Of a DNA stretch of 64,000 nucleotides, positions 1 through 12,370 are shown piece after piece (the first letter of the stretch is position 1; each line of letters begins with the position of its first letter). Both the position numbers and the translations under genes were made by a program. The notes under the pieces are model-generated. The model was not told the DNA's origin. It searched no databases and saw nothing but the letters and a program-made list of their open reading frames with translations. Source of the stretch: Eledone cirrhosa (Eukaryota); assembly GCA_964016885.1 (NCBI GenBank), contig OZ024741.1, forward strand, positions 57,722,001-57,786,000, read 5' to 3'.

Positions 1-493
1 GCCACCTTCCTTCAAAAACGAAGGAGAGGCGGTTTTCCTCTGTGTAATGGCTATGGTGAAAGAGGCTATATGGTGGACGAGGCTGAAAGGGCTGAGGTCA
101 GACGCCTTTCTCTCCGGCGAACAACTGGTTCGCTTCTTCAAATATCATTTTAAAAGAAGAATTAGAGTGGAGAGAGAGGAGCTGTACCCCAGCAAATTCT
201 CTGAAAGGTGGGTGAAAGTGGCAAGAATGGCCCAAGTGGTTGGGCCTTCTCTCTATATAAACCTGTAGGTTGAGGAAGAAGAAGAAGAGAGGAAGGGAGC
301 ACTCACTCTTCGTGCTCCTGGAGACGAGGGTTGTATATTTTTCGGGGTGTATACAACCACTGTGTAACGCCTCCACCCTATTGTTGATTTTAATTTTTAA
401 TTTATGATTGTTATTTCTTTTTACACGCATGTATGTAAACTCCCCACCTTGTATTTGTCCCCATCTTTTGTGCCCTTGTGGCGAATAAAGAAA
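1..493 (+). mobile_element. 3' end of an L1/Tx1-like non-LTR retrotransposon (ORF2 C-terminus plus 3' UTR)
   Basis: Open frame runs to a stop at 268 (AVFLCVMAMVKEAIWWTRLKG...RWVK), resembling the K-x-x-IW-x-x-R C-terminal tail of L1/Tx1 ORF2. AATAAA at 484-489, then a (TATC)n-like tract. Confidence 0.55.
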
Positions 494-712
494 TTTATCT
501 ATCTATCTGCCTGTCTGTCTATCTATCTTTTTATCTGCCTACTTACCTACCTACCTACCCATCCATACATTCATCCATCTATCTATACCAATGTTTCTAA
601 CTTCTGACGACGACGACGACAACAACAACAACAAAAAACAACAAGAAAAAGCAAAAAAAAAGCAAGAGTCCTAATGGATGTCCAAAGATATATATAGACA
701 AAATGATAAATT

Positions 713-1076
713 TATAGAACCTCCTCCTTGATTTCAGTGGGGAAAAAATGCTTTCTTCATTTTCGTGTGCTATCAACTAATCTAACCTCCAATATGCTTG
801 CAATCGACTTTTTTCCCGGAGTTTTCTCTATGAATTTCTTTTTTTGCATGCTATCAAATGACTAGATTTGTAGAAAAAGAGTGGTGAAAGGGTAAAAAAG
901 ACCATCAGGGTTTTGCAGATCTACATACTTCTCACGTTTGGCAGGAAATAATCATTTTTTCTCCATTTTCCAGGAAAAAAGTCGATTGTAAGCATCTTGG
1001 AGGTTAGATTAGTTGATAGCTTACGAAAAAAATGGAAAAAATTTTTTCCTACTGGAATCGAGTGGGGTATTCTATA
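713..1076. mobile_element. MITE/foldback element with ~105-bp imperfect terminal inverted repeats
   Basis: 713-820 (tatagaacctcc...gctatcaactaatctaacctccaa...gcaatcgactttttt) is the reverse complement of 970-1076 (aaaaaagtcgattg...ttggaggttagattagttgatagc...ttctata). Confidence 0.8.
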
Positions 1077-1081
1077 ATAAT

Positions 1082-1265
1082 TGTTTCTACTTTTGGCACA
1101 AGGCCAGCAATTTCCCAGTGTATTACTGGTACTTTATTTTATCGACCCCGTAAGGATGAAAGGCAAAGTTAACCTCGGCGGGATTTGAACTCAGAATGGC
1201 AAGGGCCGTAACTCTATGCGTCAAAGCATGGCGTCCGACCCTCTACCGATACTGCCAATTCACCG
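1082..1265 (-). mobile_element. tRNA-derived SINE, family A, full length
   Basis: Minus strand has an A-box-like tggcagtatcggtag and a B-box gagttcaaatcc. 12-bp TSD ttctataataat at 1070-1081 and 1266-1277. Other copies at ~1278-1390, 24950-25060, 32105-32203, 32367-32549, 38150-38310, 39165-39285 and 53398-53500. Confidence 0.9.
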
Positions 1266-1428
1266 TTCTATAATAATGGTTTCTGCTTTAGGCACATAGC
1301 CAACAATTTTGGGGGAGGGGAAAGTCGATTAAATTGACCCAGTGCATTACTGGTACTTTATTTTATTGACCCCATAAGGATGAAAGGGGTGTGTCATAAT
1401 AATTCATTCAACTTTTGGCGCAAGGTCA

Positions 1429-1587
1429 TTTCAGAAGATCCCGTTAAGGGTAAAAGCAGTGATTCTTTGCTTAAACTTTAATCTGTTATTTTAATAAATA
1501 TTTGCTCTACGGTTCTTATATATTTGATATATATTTATCCTTATCGAGCCCTCTTTGGATTTTAGTCTTTACATTTATTATTATTAT

Positions 1588-1591
<4 letters not shown>
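1429..1591 (-). mobile_element. Internal fragment of the non-autonomous Helitron family found at 2.5-3.7 kb
   Basis: Near-identical reverse complement of 2910-3070; ends in a (TA)n run at 1591-1666. Confidence 0.75.
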
Positions 1592-1666
<75 letters not shown>

Positions 1667-1673
<7 letters not shown>

Positions 1674-1943
1674 GTGCGGGAGAGAAGACTGCGTTGGTAT
1701 GGACATGTGATGCGCATGAAGGATGACTGCTGAGTAAAGAAGTGCTAAGAAAACCCTGTAGAAGGAAGACGCAGTAGAGGAAGACCACGAAAAACATGGG
1801 TGGAGGTGGTGAGAGCTGACCTTAGATCGCTGAAGCTCACGGAGGAGATGACGAAGGACTGTGACAAATGGAGAGATGCTTTGCTGAATAGGACCCGTCC
1901 CACCCTTGCAAGCTGGGAAAAGCGGACGTAAAATGATGATGAT
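1667..1943 (+). mobile_element. 5'-truncated RTE-clade LINE 3' end
   Basis: Translates CSVRERRLRWYGHVMRMKDD*..GRRSRGRPRKTW..DKWRDALL with stops, ending in a (GAT)n tail. Confidence 0.9.
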
Positions 1944-2533
1944 ATATATATAAACAGTTTAAATGGATTGATAATACAACCATATAAATCAAAGGATATT
2001 TTAAAAGCTCAATGTGATTTTATAGTCCACAGCAAGATAAGTAAGAGACAGTTCAAAGTTTAATCAAGTCGGTAAATTTCCAATCACAGTAGCTTTACAA
2101 TATCACAGAGCATACATAAAAGAATAAGGATTAACAAGAATTTAAATTAAATCATTTAATTGATTTATGACCATTTCGTTAAAATAACTGAAATATTTCA
2201 TTTCTGTTATAAGCTTATCAGAATGAATTAAATACAAATAATATTTATCTTATATGCCCATAAAATTATAGTAGAAGTGTGAAAAGTATAAACAATTCAA
2301 ATACTGTTGGGAAAACGTTAAAATTTTATGGAAGCCTAAAGATGCAATTATAATTTATCAGTGATAAAAATATAATGTCCAGCAACTAAAGTTATTATTC
2401 TAACTATTATACTAAATATTTTATACCAATATGCATGTATTACTTACTCAATTAGAGTTATAGATATACAACTAAAACATAAGTTTAATAAACTTATTAA
2501 GTGAAATTATAAAATTAATATTCATAGAATATA

Positions 2534-2875
2534 CTAGCAGAATGGCCCGGCGCTGCTCGGGATTTTCTCTAGGGTTCTTATATATTTTATATATATTTAT
2601 CCTTATCGAGCCTCGTGAAATAAATACGTTTGTTTATATTTTGTTATTGTGTATGCAAAAATATCTGTACACGAATATATAATTATATATATATATCTAC
2701 ATATCTAAAACAGAGAATGTCTGTCTGTCTGACTCCCTAAAACTCGAGAACCACCCAACCGAATATTTTCAAACTTTACACATGTAATACTTATGGTCGT
2801 GTGAGTGTTTTGAGCATAAAAAAGATCCCGTTAAGGGTGAAACCAGCGATTCTTTGCTTAAACTTTAATCTGTTA

Positions 2876-2914
<39 letters not shown>

Positions 2915-3668
2915 ATAATAATAAATTTGAAGACTAAAATCCAAAGAGGGCTCGATAAGGATAAATATATATCAAATATATAAGAACCGTAGAGCAAATA
3001 TTTATTAAAATAACATATTAAAGTTTAAGCAAAGAATCGCTGCTTTCGCCCTTAACAGGATCTTCTGAAACTAACAAAGTCAATCTGTAAACGCAGAAGT
3101 GGATATTTCAAAAAACGTTGCAACCGGAGGAAGACAGGAAGACGATACTTTAGTTCGTGGAAACGTTCCCTGGCAAAGAACGGGAAAAAACTAATATAAT
3201 ACGTCATTAATAGGAGCGGTGAAAAACAATTACGCGCAAATATATAATTATATATTCATGTACAGATATTTTTGCATACACAATAACAAAATATAAAAAA
3301 ACGTATTTATTTCACGAGGCTCGATAAGGATAAATATATATCAAATATATAAGAACCCTAGAGCAAATCCCGAGCAACGCCGGGCCATTATGCTAGTATA
3401 TATTAAAATAACAGATTAAAGTTTAAGTAAAGAATCGCTGTTTTCACACTTAACGGGATCTTCTGAAAATAAAAAAATAAAAAAATGTATCTATCTAAAA
3501 AGACAGACTAAGAATTATAGAGAGAGATCGCTAAATCACCTAATGCTGTCCCTAGGGCATTGAAAATTCGAAATACTTTTTGCTCAAAACACTCACACGA
3601 CCATAAGTGTTACATGTGTAGTTTTAGGAAGTCAGACAGACAGACATTCTCTGTTTTAGATATATAGA
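2534..3668 (-). mobile_element. Non-autonomous Helitron (outer copy, interrupted)
   Basis: On the minus strand: 5' A|TC at 3668 followed by (CTGT)n; 3' hairpin cccgagcagcgccggg then CTAG|T ending at 2534. Confidence 0.8.
2696..3396 (+). mobile_element. Non-autonomous Helitron (inner copy, opposite orientation)
   Basis: 5' A|TC at 2696 followed by (CTGT)n; 3' hairpin cccgagcaacgccggg and CTAG at 3393-3396 followed by T. This is the canonical AT insertion with no TSD. Confidence 0.85.
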
Positions 3669-3837
3669 TTAGGAAAATACTACAAAAATTATGGAAGCAT
3701 AATTCAGTAATAAATATATCTATAATTAAGTGAAGATCTTGTTACTAAGAAACTTATTAACTTAAGATGTATCAAGAGAGGTGATAGAGTATATACTTAC
3801 AAATATACCAATATACACACATAATACAATATACAAA

Positions 3838-4131
3838 TAGTGAGTTCAATTCTCAGACCGGGTGATGTGTTGTTTCCTTGAGCAAGGCACTTTATTTCAC
3901 ATTGCTCCAGTTTACTCAGCTGTAGAAATGAGATAATAGGGACTGGGGTCCCTATCATTCCACTGCAAAGTGGTCGTGGAGGTGCCACGGCAAAAAAAGC
4001 ACCCAACACTCACTGTAAATGAGGTTGGTGTTAGGAAGGGCATCCAGCTGTAGAAATCAAGCCAGAATCAGTTCCCGTCCCACCCTTGCAAGCAGGGAAA
4101 AGCGGATGTAAAATGATGATGATGATGATGA
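3838..4131 (+). mobile_element. tRNA-derived SINE family B, 5'-truncated
   Basis: B-box gagttcaattct, CORE-like ccttgagcaaggcacttta, ggtgttaggaagggcatcc motif, and an RTE-type 3' tail with (GAT)n. Matches 9896-10244. Confidence 0.85.
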
Positions 4132-4287
4132 TATATATATATACATATACATATATATATATATATAAGGAAAAGAAATTGAAAATGCAACTGGAGTCTT
4201 TTAAGAATATTTACTTTACCGGTTTCACAGTTTTTATGATTTTCGAAAGTAAAATTGAGATGGAGAGTTTGTGTTTCTGTTGTGGTT

Positions 4288-4322
<35 letters not shown>

Positions 4323-4332
4323 GTATATATAT

Positions 4333-4380
<48 letters not shown>

Positions 4381-4764
4381 ATATACGCACACACACATAT
4401 CATCATTGTCGTTTTAATGTCTGCTTTCCCTTCTATCAAGTGGTTTTGTAAACATAAACACATCCAGCCCTTTCAGAAATGTTTAAATAATATATCCTTA
4501 ATATAATCTTTGCAAAGAGGCTTTTTATTGTGATCTGTATGTGAAAGAGGTTTATAAAGTGAAGTCATGGTGATTTCATCAACCACACCATATATATTTG
4601 AAAATGGTATATTTCCTTACGCACAAACAATTATAAGCTAGACATTATCAAAATTAAACAACTATTACTTGTTCTTATATGTTATATGTATAAATATTGA
4701 CTTTATGAACAAAAAGAAATATATAAACATAGATAAATATTATTTTTGTACAATAAATCAAGTG

Positions 4765-5120
4765 AATGCAGCATGGCTGAATGGATAAGGCATTCACTTC
4801 CCAATCATCTGGTCCCAGGTTTGATCCCACTGTATGACATCCTGTCATTTACCATAATCACAAGTTGACACATGCCTTGTGAGTGATATTGTATTATCAG
4901 AATCTGTTTGGAAGCTTGTTGGAAGGACTGCATCTCTAATCTCTAATTCAAATGGCCAGTCTTATCATACACTGTGTCATGCTAAATCTTTCAAAGAACT
5001 ATGTTAAGGGTATATATATCTGTGGAATGCTCAACCACTTGTCATTAATTTTATGAGTAGGCAGTTTGTTGGTTTCATTACTGGAAGATTCAACATCGGA
5101 ATTGATTGAGGTCCAATACA
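4765..5120 (+). mobile_element. Old tRNA-derived SINE, family C-related
   Basis: Degenerate tRNA head (tggctgaatggataag...ggtttgatccc); 3' body matches the reverse complement of 44740-44900. Further fragments at ~16190-16280, 16500-16700 and 16930-17430. Confidence 0.6.
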
Positions 5121-5546
5121 GTGAAATGCACATATTATTTTTTTCACTTCCATACTACAAGGATGATTCTTAAATGTTTCTTGGTTGATGAAATCATTAG
5201 TGAAATAGATTTCTCAGCATGATTTAAAATGTCAACAAGTAGGTGAAGCAACAAGAAATAAGCGCAGTTTAACAAGTGGTTTTATAATTTCACAAAAAAA
5301 CAAAAACAAAAGAGAATAAGAAAATGTTAAAAAAAATGAAAAGATAGACATTGTTATATGATCAGAATTACCTTAAGCATTCTACAATATTTACTAAAGA
5401 GAGAAACAGAATAATAATTATTTAGTGAAATACTTTTAGCAAATCTTGTCCATGTGCTTGTTAGACAGAAGACATGTGTATATATAAACATCTCGAATCA
5501 ACTCTCAAACTCACACCTTACTGCATACACAAATCTATCTATCTAA

Positions 5547-5591
<45 letters not shown>

Positions 5592-6392
5592 CATCCATCT
5601 ATCTCACCCCCCTCTCGCTCTATATATATATATGGCTAATTAAACACAGATGTGCTTTCATTCACCCCCAATATTTTCTTTGTTTCTTCCTCTTCTCATT
5701 CTTGTTTATCTTTCTATTTCTTTGATTTCTCATTCTATCTTCTGATGAAGGACTAACGTCGGAATTGTTAAAACTCTTTTCCTACTGTATCTTCATTGTA
5801 TTGTATAGTTTTCCTGTGTTGTTTATCTCTATACTTTTTGCATATATATAAATATATGCTTCAATAATCTATGTTGGTTGATCCAAGTAATCTACTAACT
5901 ATGGCGTAATCAAGCATAAGCATTCTACGTCATGGGTAGCCATGAGGTGTTACGTATATGGTATTAGATGGAGTATCAATATTAAGTAAGAAGATGAGAG
6001 ATGGTTTTGCATATTCCACTTCAGTGTTTTGTTTGACACTATGCTCATTATGTACATTTCAAAGGCATTAAAATGTCCTTATGTAAGTATTATTTCATGT
6101 GTTGTCATCAGATTGGAGGTCGGTGGGGAAAATGCAAACAATGATTTTCGTTTTGGTTTTTGATATACCTGCTGTTGAAGGGATGTTGTTCATTTGGGTT
6201 AGAGCAGGCTAAATAAGGGTCAATTCATCCTACCCATGAATGATAGATGCTAATCGATGAGGTTGATGATATATTTATGTGTGTATATATATGATATGCG
6301 CATGTATATTACATATATGGTATATGTATACGCATGCAAATATATAAAATATATATATATATATGTGTGTATATCATTATCACGATATGTGC

Positions 6393-6436
<44 letters not shown>

Positions 6437-6444
6437 ATTATGCT

Positions 6445-6697
6445 GGTACCACACTGTAAAGTGATCGTGTAAGTGTCACGACAAAAAGCACCCAGCCCAC
6501 CCTGTAAAGTGGACGTGTAAAAGGCATGGCAAAATCACCCAGCACACATTGTCAATGTGGTTGGTATTAGGAAGGGCATCCAGCCGTAGAAAACCAGCCA
6601 GAAACATGGTCACCCGACTCAACTTGCCTCTAAATGGGACCCGTCTAACCCATGCTAGTATGGTTAATTGATGATGATGATGATGATGATGATGATA
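6445..6697 (+). mobile_element. SINE family B-related 3' portion
   Basis: cactgtaaagtg.. modules, aggaagggcatccagccgtaga motif and a (GAT)n tail. Confidence 0.75.
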
Positions 6698-7214
6698 TGT
6701 CAGTTAGGTGTGCATCTACAGTTACAGGTGGCATTCTGTTCGAAGCACTCATTGCTGTTATGATGTCCATCTAATGTGGGTTGTATTCCAGAGTTAAGAC
6801 AGCTGTAATGTGCAGAGTGTAAATAGATGTGTAAGAAGAATTGAAGTCAGTGATGCAGCATATATACAAATGGTAAAGAAAGTAAAAAGGCAAAAAAATA
6901 TATTAAAAAAAATTTTAATAAAAAAGGACCCTTTACCTGTACAATTTGCTATTTATTTTATTTTATTTTATTCTCCATTTCTCATTTTATTGTTTTATTA
7001 TTTTTGTCATTTTTGTTATCCTTTTCATCCTTTCTTACCTTTTTGTTTTTTAACCTTTTTTATTTAAATTTTTTTAAATATCTTTTTTTTAAAATTTTTT
7101 TACTTGTTTTATCATTTGTAATTTTGCACTGTGTTAAGGAATCTTTTACACAATCCTTGAAATTTAATTTTGGTTTGTGTTGGGGTTTTGCTTTACCATT
7201 TATACTTATGCTGC

Positions 7215-9620
7215 AACACTGACTTCGATTCTTCTTAATCTATTTACACTCTGCTCACTACAGTTGCCTTAACTCTGGATATAACCCAAATTAGAAGGAC
7301 TTCCTGATAGCATTAAGTGTTCACCATAAAGAACTTGCTTTGGGATTCTGCTATCATCAGATCTAACAATGTGGCCTACCCATTGGCGTTGGTGCTTGTG
7401 GATGTGAGCTTTAATGTTGACTGTACCTGCATTTTATAATATTTCAGTATCTGCTGTATATGTACACCAGTAAATATGAAAAACCGTTCAAGGCGTTTAA
7501 TGTGCCCACAATAGACATTCCAGATCTCACCGAAATATAAGAAATAAACAGAATACATGCATTGTATATTGCAATTTTTGTCTCTTTTCTGGCACCAAAG
7601 GCGTACCTTAAGACTTGCAAAAGAATTGATTGCTTTTTTTGATATGGGAGGTTAATTCATCATCTAATGGGCAATACTGGTTAATTGTACTTCTCAAATA
7701 TGGAAACTTTGAGTTTTTGTACTTCTCAAATATGGACTACTTTGAGTTTTTGTCCATCTGTGTGAATGGATATAAGGAGATCCTGGAACAAGTTGAAACA
7801 TTACTACATGATATGCTGCAAAGATAATATCAACTGTACTGATTTGGGGTTGAAAGCTACATTGTGATTCTGGTAAGATTGGGTTTGCTATATCATTATT
7901 TAGTCTTGAAAGTATGAATGATGCAAGAATTTTCCCTGCAGTGCAGAGAAGAGCTATTCCTCTATAATTTCCACATTCCTCCTGCTATCCTTTAAAGGAA
8001 TAATTCTTGTATCTTTCCAATTCTTTGGTACTTCAACCTCTTTGGTACTTCACTATATCTGAAAATCCCTGTGAACAATCCATCTTTTCCTACAGCTTTA
8101 CTTAATTAAGTTTCTTGATGCTAATTTATACTTCTTCAAGGCTTAAGATGGTTATTAAGAGAAACGACTCTGTTGAATATTGTTAATAACGATTTCATCA
8201 AGCTGAGAATATCTAATTAATAAATCATTAACATGTTCTCTCCTTTTAGCTATGCTATCAATGTCTGTAAGTAGATTTGAGCCATCCTTGGATTTGAGTG
8301 ATGTTATCTTAGTGGATCTTAGTCCAAAGGTTAGTTTTATCAAATTATAGAATTCCTTTGAATTCCTTGAGTCAGATGCTATCTGCATATCACATGCAAG
8401 TTTAGATTACCAATGTCCTTGCATGTAACACAATTTTAAAAACTTTCTTCTAGTTGACATCTTCTTTCTTTTGATAAGTCTTTCTCCAACATTTGCACCC
8501 TGATGGCATTCTTCTTCAACAATATTGGTTTTATCTTCTGATCACCTTCATCAAACCAAACCCTATATTTTGCTATATTTCCAAGAGTTTCATGGGCAGC
8601 ATTGTAAAGTTACTCACTATCTACAGCCTAAGAAGAGATGTCATTGATGGCAGTAATCTGTTTATATAAAGTGACTTGAATTTGTGGAGATCTAAGATTA
8701 CTGACATCAAGGCACTTTGGAAGCTTAATGGCATTATGATTTATTACCAAATGCATTTTTGCTCTTACTAAACAGTGGTCAGTCCAGCACTCAGCACCTC
8801 ACATAGAATGGACATTACAGACATCCAGCATGTCACGTTTGTGAAGAATTACATAATTGATTAAATGCAACTGTCGGGAACCTAAGTGCATCTATGTTGT
8901 GACATGATTCCCTCTATGCTTGAAGTGTGTGCTTGAGATATACAGGTTCAATGCAATACACAGCTCCAGCAGAAGAAGGGTGTTTCTACTAGCTTTCCCA
9001 ACTCCATACCTTCCAAGAGAGCTCCACATCTCCCAATATTTATCAACGGGTGCATTAAATTCTCCCAGAAGAATTATTTTATCATCATGTAGAATTTAAT
9101 GCATAGTGTTCCCTAATGAATCATAAAACTCTTTTTTACTTCATCACTGCTAAATGTTGGGGCATAGGCACCTATAATAGCAATATACCAGCCAAATGAG
9201 AGGAGTAATCACAAAGCTATTAGCCAGTCACTAATCCCAAGAGGAAGCTTTTTTAGTTTATGGACTTGTGGAGTTAGTGAAACCCACTCCTGATTCTTTC
9301 CTTTCTCGAGCATTTTGCCCCATCCAGAAAAATGTAAATCTACCACCTATCTCCTCCAGTTGCCTATTTTCAGAAAGGTTGTTATTGCCAGAGTGAGAGT
9401 AGGGCTGAGAATCTACTCTACTAAAATGCCCAAAATTGATTGCATTTCATATGCCCTCTAACAACAGAACCTAGCTCCTGGCCATCCTGTGGTGGAGATG
9501 TTTGGAACTGACAAGAAGAAGGGACAAAGGCGAGTTATTGGTGCTTTAAAACCAGTTGCTCTGTGTAAACAGAACTTGTCAGCCTTAGGTGACTGCCAAT
9601 CTAGGTGAAGGGTCACTCTG
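7215..9620 (-). mobile_element. Degenerate RTE-clade LINE (APE endonuclease, linker, C-terminus; RT core appears largely deleted)
   Basis: Minus-strand fragments: LLGEFNA and CWTDHCLV APE motifs (~8.75-9.4 kb), linker ORF 8155-8388 (DSRNSKEFY..SKDGSNLLTD), and QWVGHIVRSDDSRIPKQVLYGE near 7.35 kb. Many stops and frameshifts. Confidence 0.8.
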
Positions 9621-9895
9621 ATTTCAAAACTATGGTACAGTGTTTATGGTACTGAGAGAAGATGGAGCTCTTTAGCTGCAGTAAAAGCAGTCTACTTAGG
9701 AGAAAGAATACTCCAAAATGAAATTCCATTAGTGTGAGGCCAGGAAATATTGTGTATGACACCCCAACACACAATACACCAGTGGGAATGATATCCCTCA
9801 AGCTTCTGAAGCAAATGTCTAGGAGAAATAACATCTCTTTACCAAGCCAGTGTAATTAACTACTCTCTCTCTATATATATACATATATATATAAT

Positions 9896-10244
9896 GGAGG
9901 TACATGGCTTAGTGGTTAGAGCATTGGCCTTGCAATCAAAAGGTTGTGAGTTCAATTCTCAGACCGGGTGATGTGTTGTTTCCTTGAGCAAGACACTTCA
10001 TTTCACATTGCTCCAGTTTACTCAGCTGTAGAAATGAGATGATAGGGACTGGGGTCCCTATCATTCCATTGCAAAGTAGTCGTGGAGGTGCCACGGCAAA
10101 AAGGCACCCAGCACTCACTGTAAATGAGGTTGGTGTTAGGAAGGGCATCCAGCTGTAGAAATCAAGCCATAATCAGTTCCCGTCCCACCCTTGCAAGCAG
10201 GTAAAAGCGGACGTAAAATGAAATGATGATGAAATGATGATGAT
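9896..10244 (+). mobile_element. tRNA-derived SINE family B, full length
   Basis: A-box tggcttagtggtt, B-box gagttcaattct, CORE-like segment, and a 3' tail nearly identical to the RTE end at 1894-1943. Confidence 0.9.
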
Positions 10245-11279
10245 ATATATGTAAATGGCTGACTCAATGCACACATGCTTTTTCTCAAGAAGGTTTTTTC
10301 AGTTCATTCCTCTTCTCACTCCCTATCATTCTATTTCAGCTCTTATTTCTTCTAATGTAGGACCAGTGTCTGAAACATAAAGACTCTTTTCCTACTATAT
10401 CAAGTGTTAAACTAACATATTTCTTCATTGTACTGTGTTGTTTGCTCTGTGGTTTCCATTTAAGTTTTGCAGATACACATGTATATACACATAACTTATG
10501 AATAAAACATTTAAATTATCACATTGATCTTTAAGACTTAGTGGTTGTTTCTAATTAAACCATGAAATTTCCATGGGGTCAGATTGTTAATCAGGGTTTA
10601 AATGTTTTAACTTTGATGTGTGAGATTAAAGTGAGAAGTGTTCGGTTATCTCAATGTATTTGCTGTTTGAGAGTTATTTAAAATGTGGAACATCTTCACA
10701 AGGTGTGTTTGACTAGTAGACATTCTGTCTGGTTATTTAAAACAGAACGCACATGATAAGAACATATAAACTTTAATTGCATACCAGAAAATCTTTAGTA
10801 AATTTAGTTTAAACTGATTTATGAGAAATACTAAACTGGAATTGCTCTAAATCATCATCATCATCATCATCGTCATCATCATAATTCTCCTTCTTCTCAT
10901 CATCATCATCATCGCCAGTTTTAACTTTGTTTTTGTTTCTCATCATGTTAGTATAGAATTGACAAGTTATTTTGAACTAAAACCCTTCTGTGGTCATATG
11001 TCCATCCTCACACCATCCCTCTCTTGTTTTTAAATCAAGTTTCATTTATTCACACATTTAACTATTGAACAGAAGGCTCTCTGCTTTTGTAGAACATAAA
11101 AAAATATCGTTGCCTTCCACAGTCACAAAACATACATTCTGAGGTGGCTGACTAACAACAACAAGTATTTTCTCTCTTCTCTACCTTTTTACCCCTTTTT
11201 TTACTTTCAACTGTCTTCTTCTTTCCCCCCCAAAACCAAGTTGAGAGGAGTATTTACTATTGATTGCTATCCAATGTTG

Positions 11280-12215
11280 TCACCAAATATTATCAGAAAA
11301 CTGACCAGAATGTAATAGATGATATTAATAACGTTAGTCTCAAGATCCCTTCAAAATTAAATATCCAGGATTAAACTGAACCTCCAAACCCTATTACTCT
11401 TCCTTTCACTCTGAAGGATCATAAACCTAATTTTAATGATAACCAGTCTGTTTGGCTCATTAACCCCACTAAGTCTGATTTAGGAAGGCTTAATAAAAGA
11501 ATTTAAGATAGAATTTTACCCCAGATTATAGATATAGCCCCTTTATCTTTGTGGAATAATTCTTTCATGGTGATTGATTGGTTTATGGGCATATATAATA
11601 AGGAAAACTGCCTCTTTATCTAATTCAACATCAACAACTGTTATTCTTCCATAATCTTAATATTCCTTGTTAAGGCTATTAATTTCACCAAAATCCCCAT
11701 GGAGATTAAGGATTTCAAAGTTAATGCCCTTTTAAATGCTCGTAAGTCTGATAAACTTTGACAACTTTATTTGGTTAAAGAAATCAAATAGTAGCCCCAC
11801 TTTGATGTGGGCATGGGAGTTAGCAATTTGGCAGAGGTCACAGACTTTATTGGTCTAATTTTACTAGTTTCAATCAAGGAGGAATTCCCTAATATATGTG
11901 GGGGTCTGTACGATGATGATGGTATATTGACTATGACTAGGTGTGGACCCGAAGCTATTGATACGTTTAGGAAGGAGCTTATTGCTTTTTTAAATGGTTT
12001 CAACCTTTCTGTACAAGTGAATGCCAATGTATTTGGGGTGAATTTCCTTGATGTGACCCCCAATATGTCAAATGGCCTGTACTACCCATATAGAAAGACC
12101 AGTGAGACTTTAAATTACATTAACAAATCCTCCAATCATCCAACCAGCATAACTAAAAACCAGCTCAAGAAAGTCTCATTGAGGCTTTCTCATTTATCAG
12201 TTAATGAGCAAATTA
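11280..12215 (+). mobile_element. Penelope-like element, degenerate RT fragment (possibly Naiad-type)
   Basis: FTLKDHKPNF..LINPTKSDLG, FDVGMG..AEV, GLYDDDG (YRDD position), NFLDVT, YINKSSNHP. ORF 11807-12271; stops upstream. The clade assignment is from memory only. Confidence 0.8.
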
Positions 12216-12370
12216 GAGGCACAATAACACTAAGTCTTATTAGTTTCATGCTTGTTGGAAAAGGAAAATAAATGTTTCAACGTATTGGACATTAGTCCTT
12301 CACCAGGAAAAAGCAATGTTCGGGCAAAGAGGAGGTATGTATGTATGTATGTATGTATGTATGTATGTAT

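Noticed and set aside
9896-9970. tRNA gene
   Set aside because: The A/B boxes belong to a SINE head; there is no full cloverleaf and it continues into the SINE body.
10500-10850. Possible further PLE GIY-YIG remnant on the minus strand
   Set aside because: Too degraded to support by eye.
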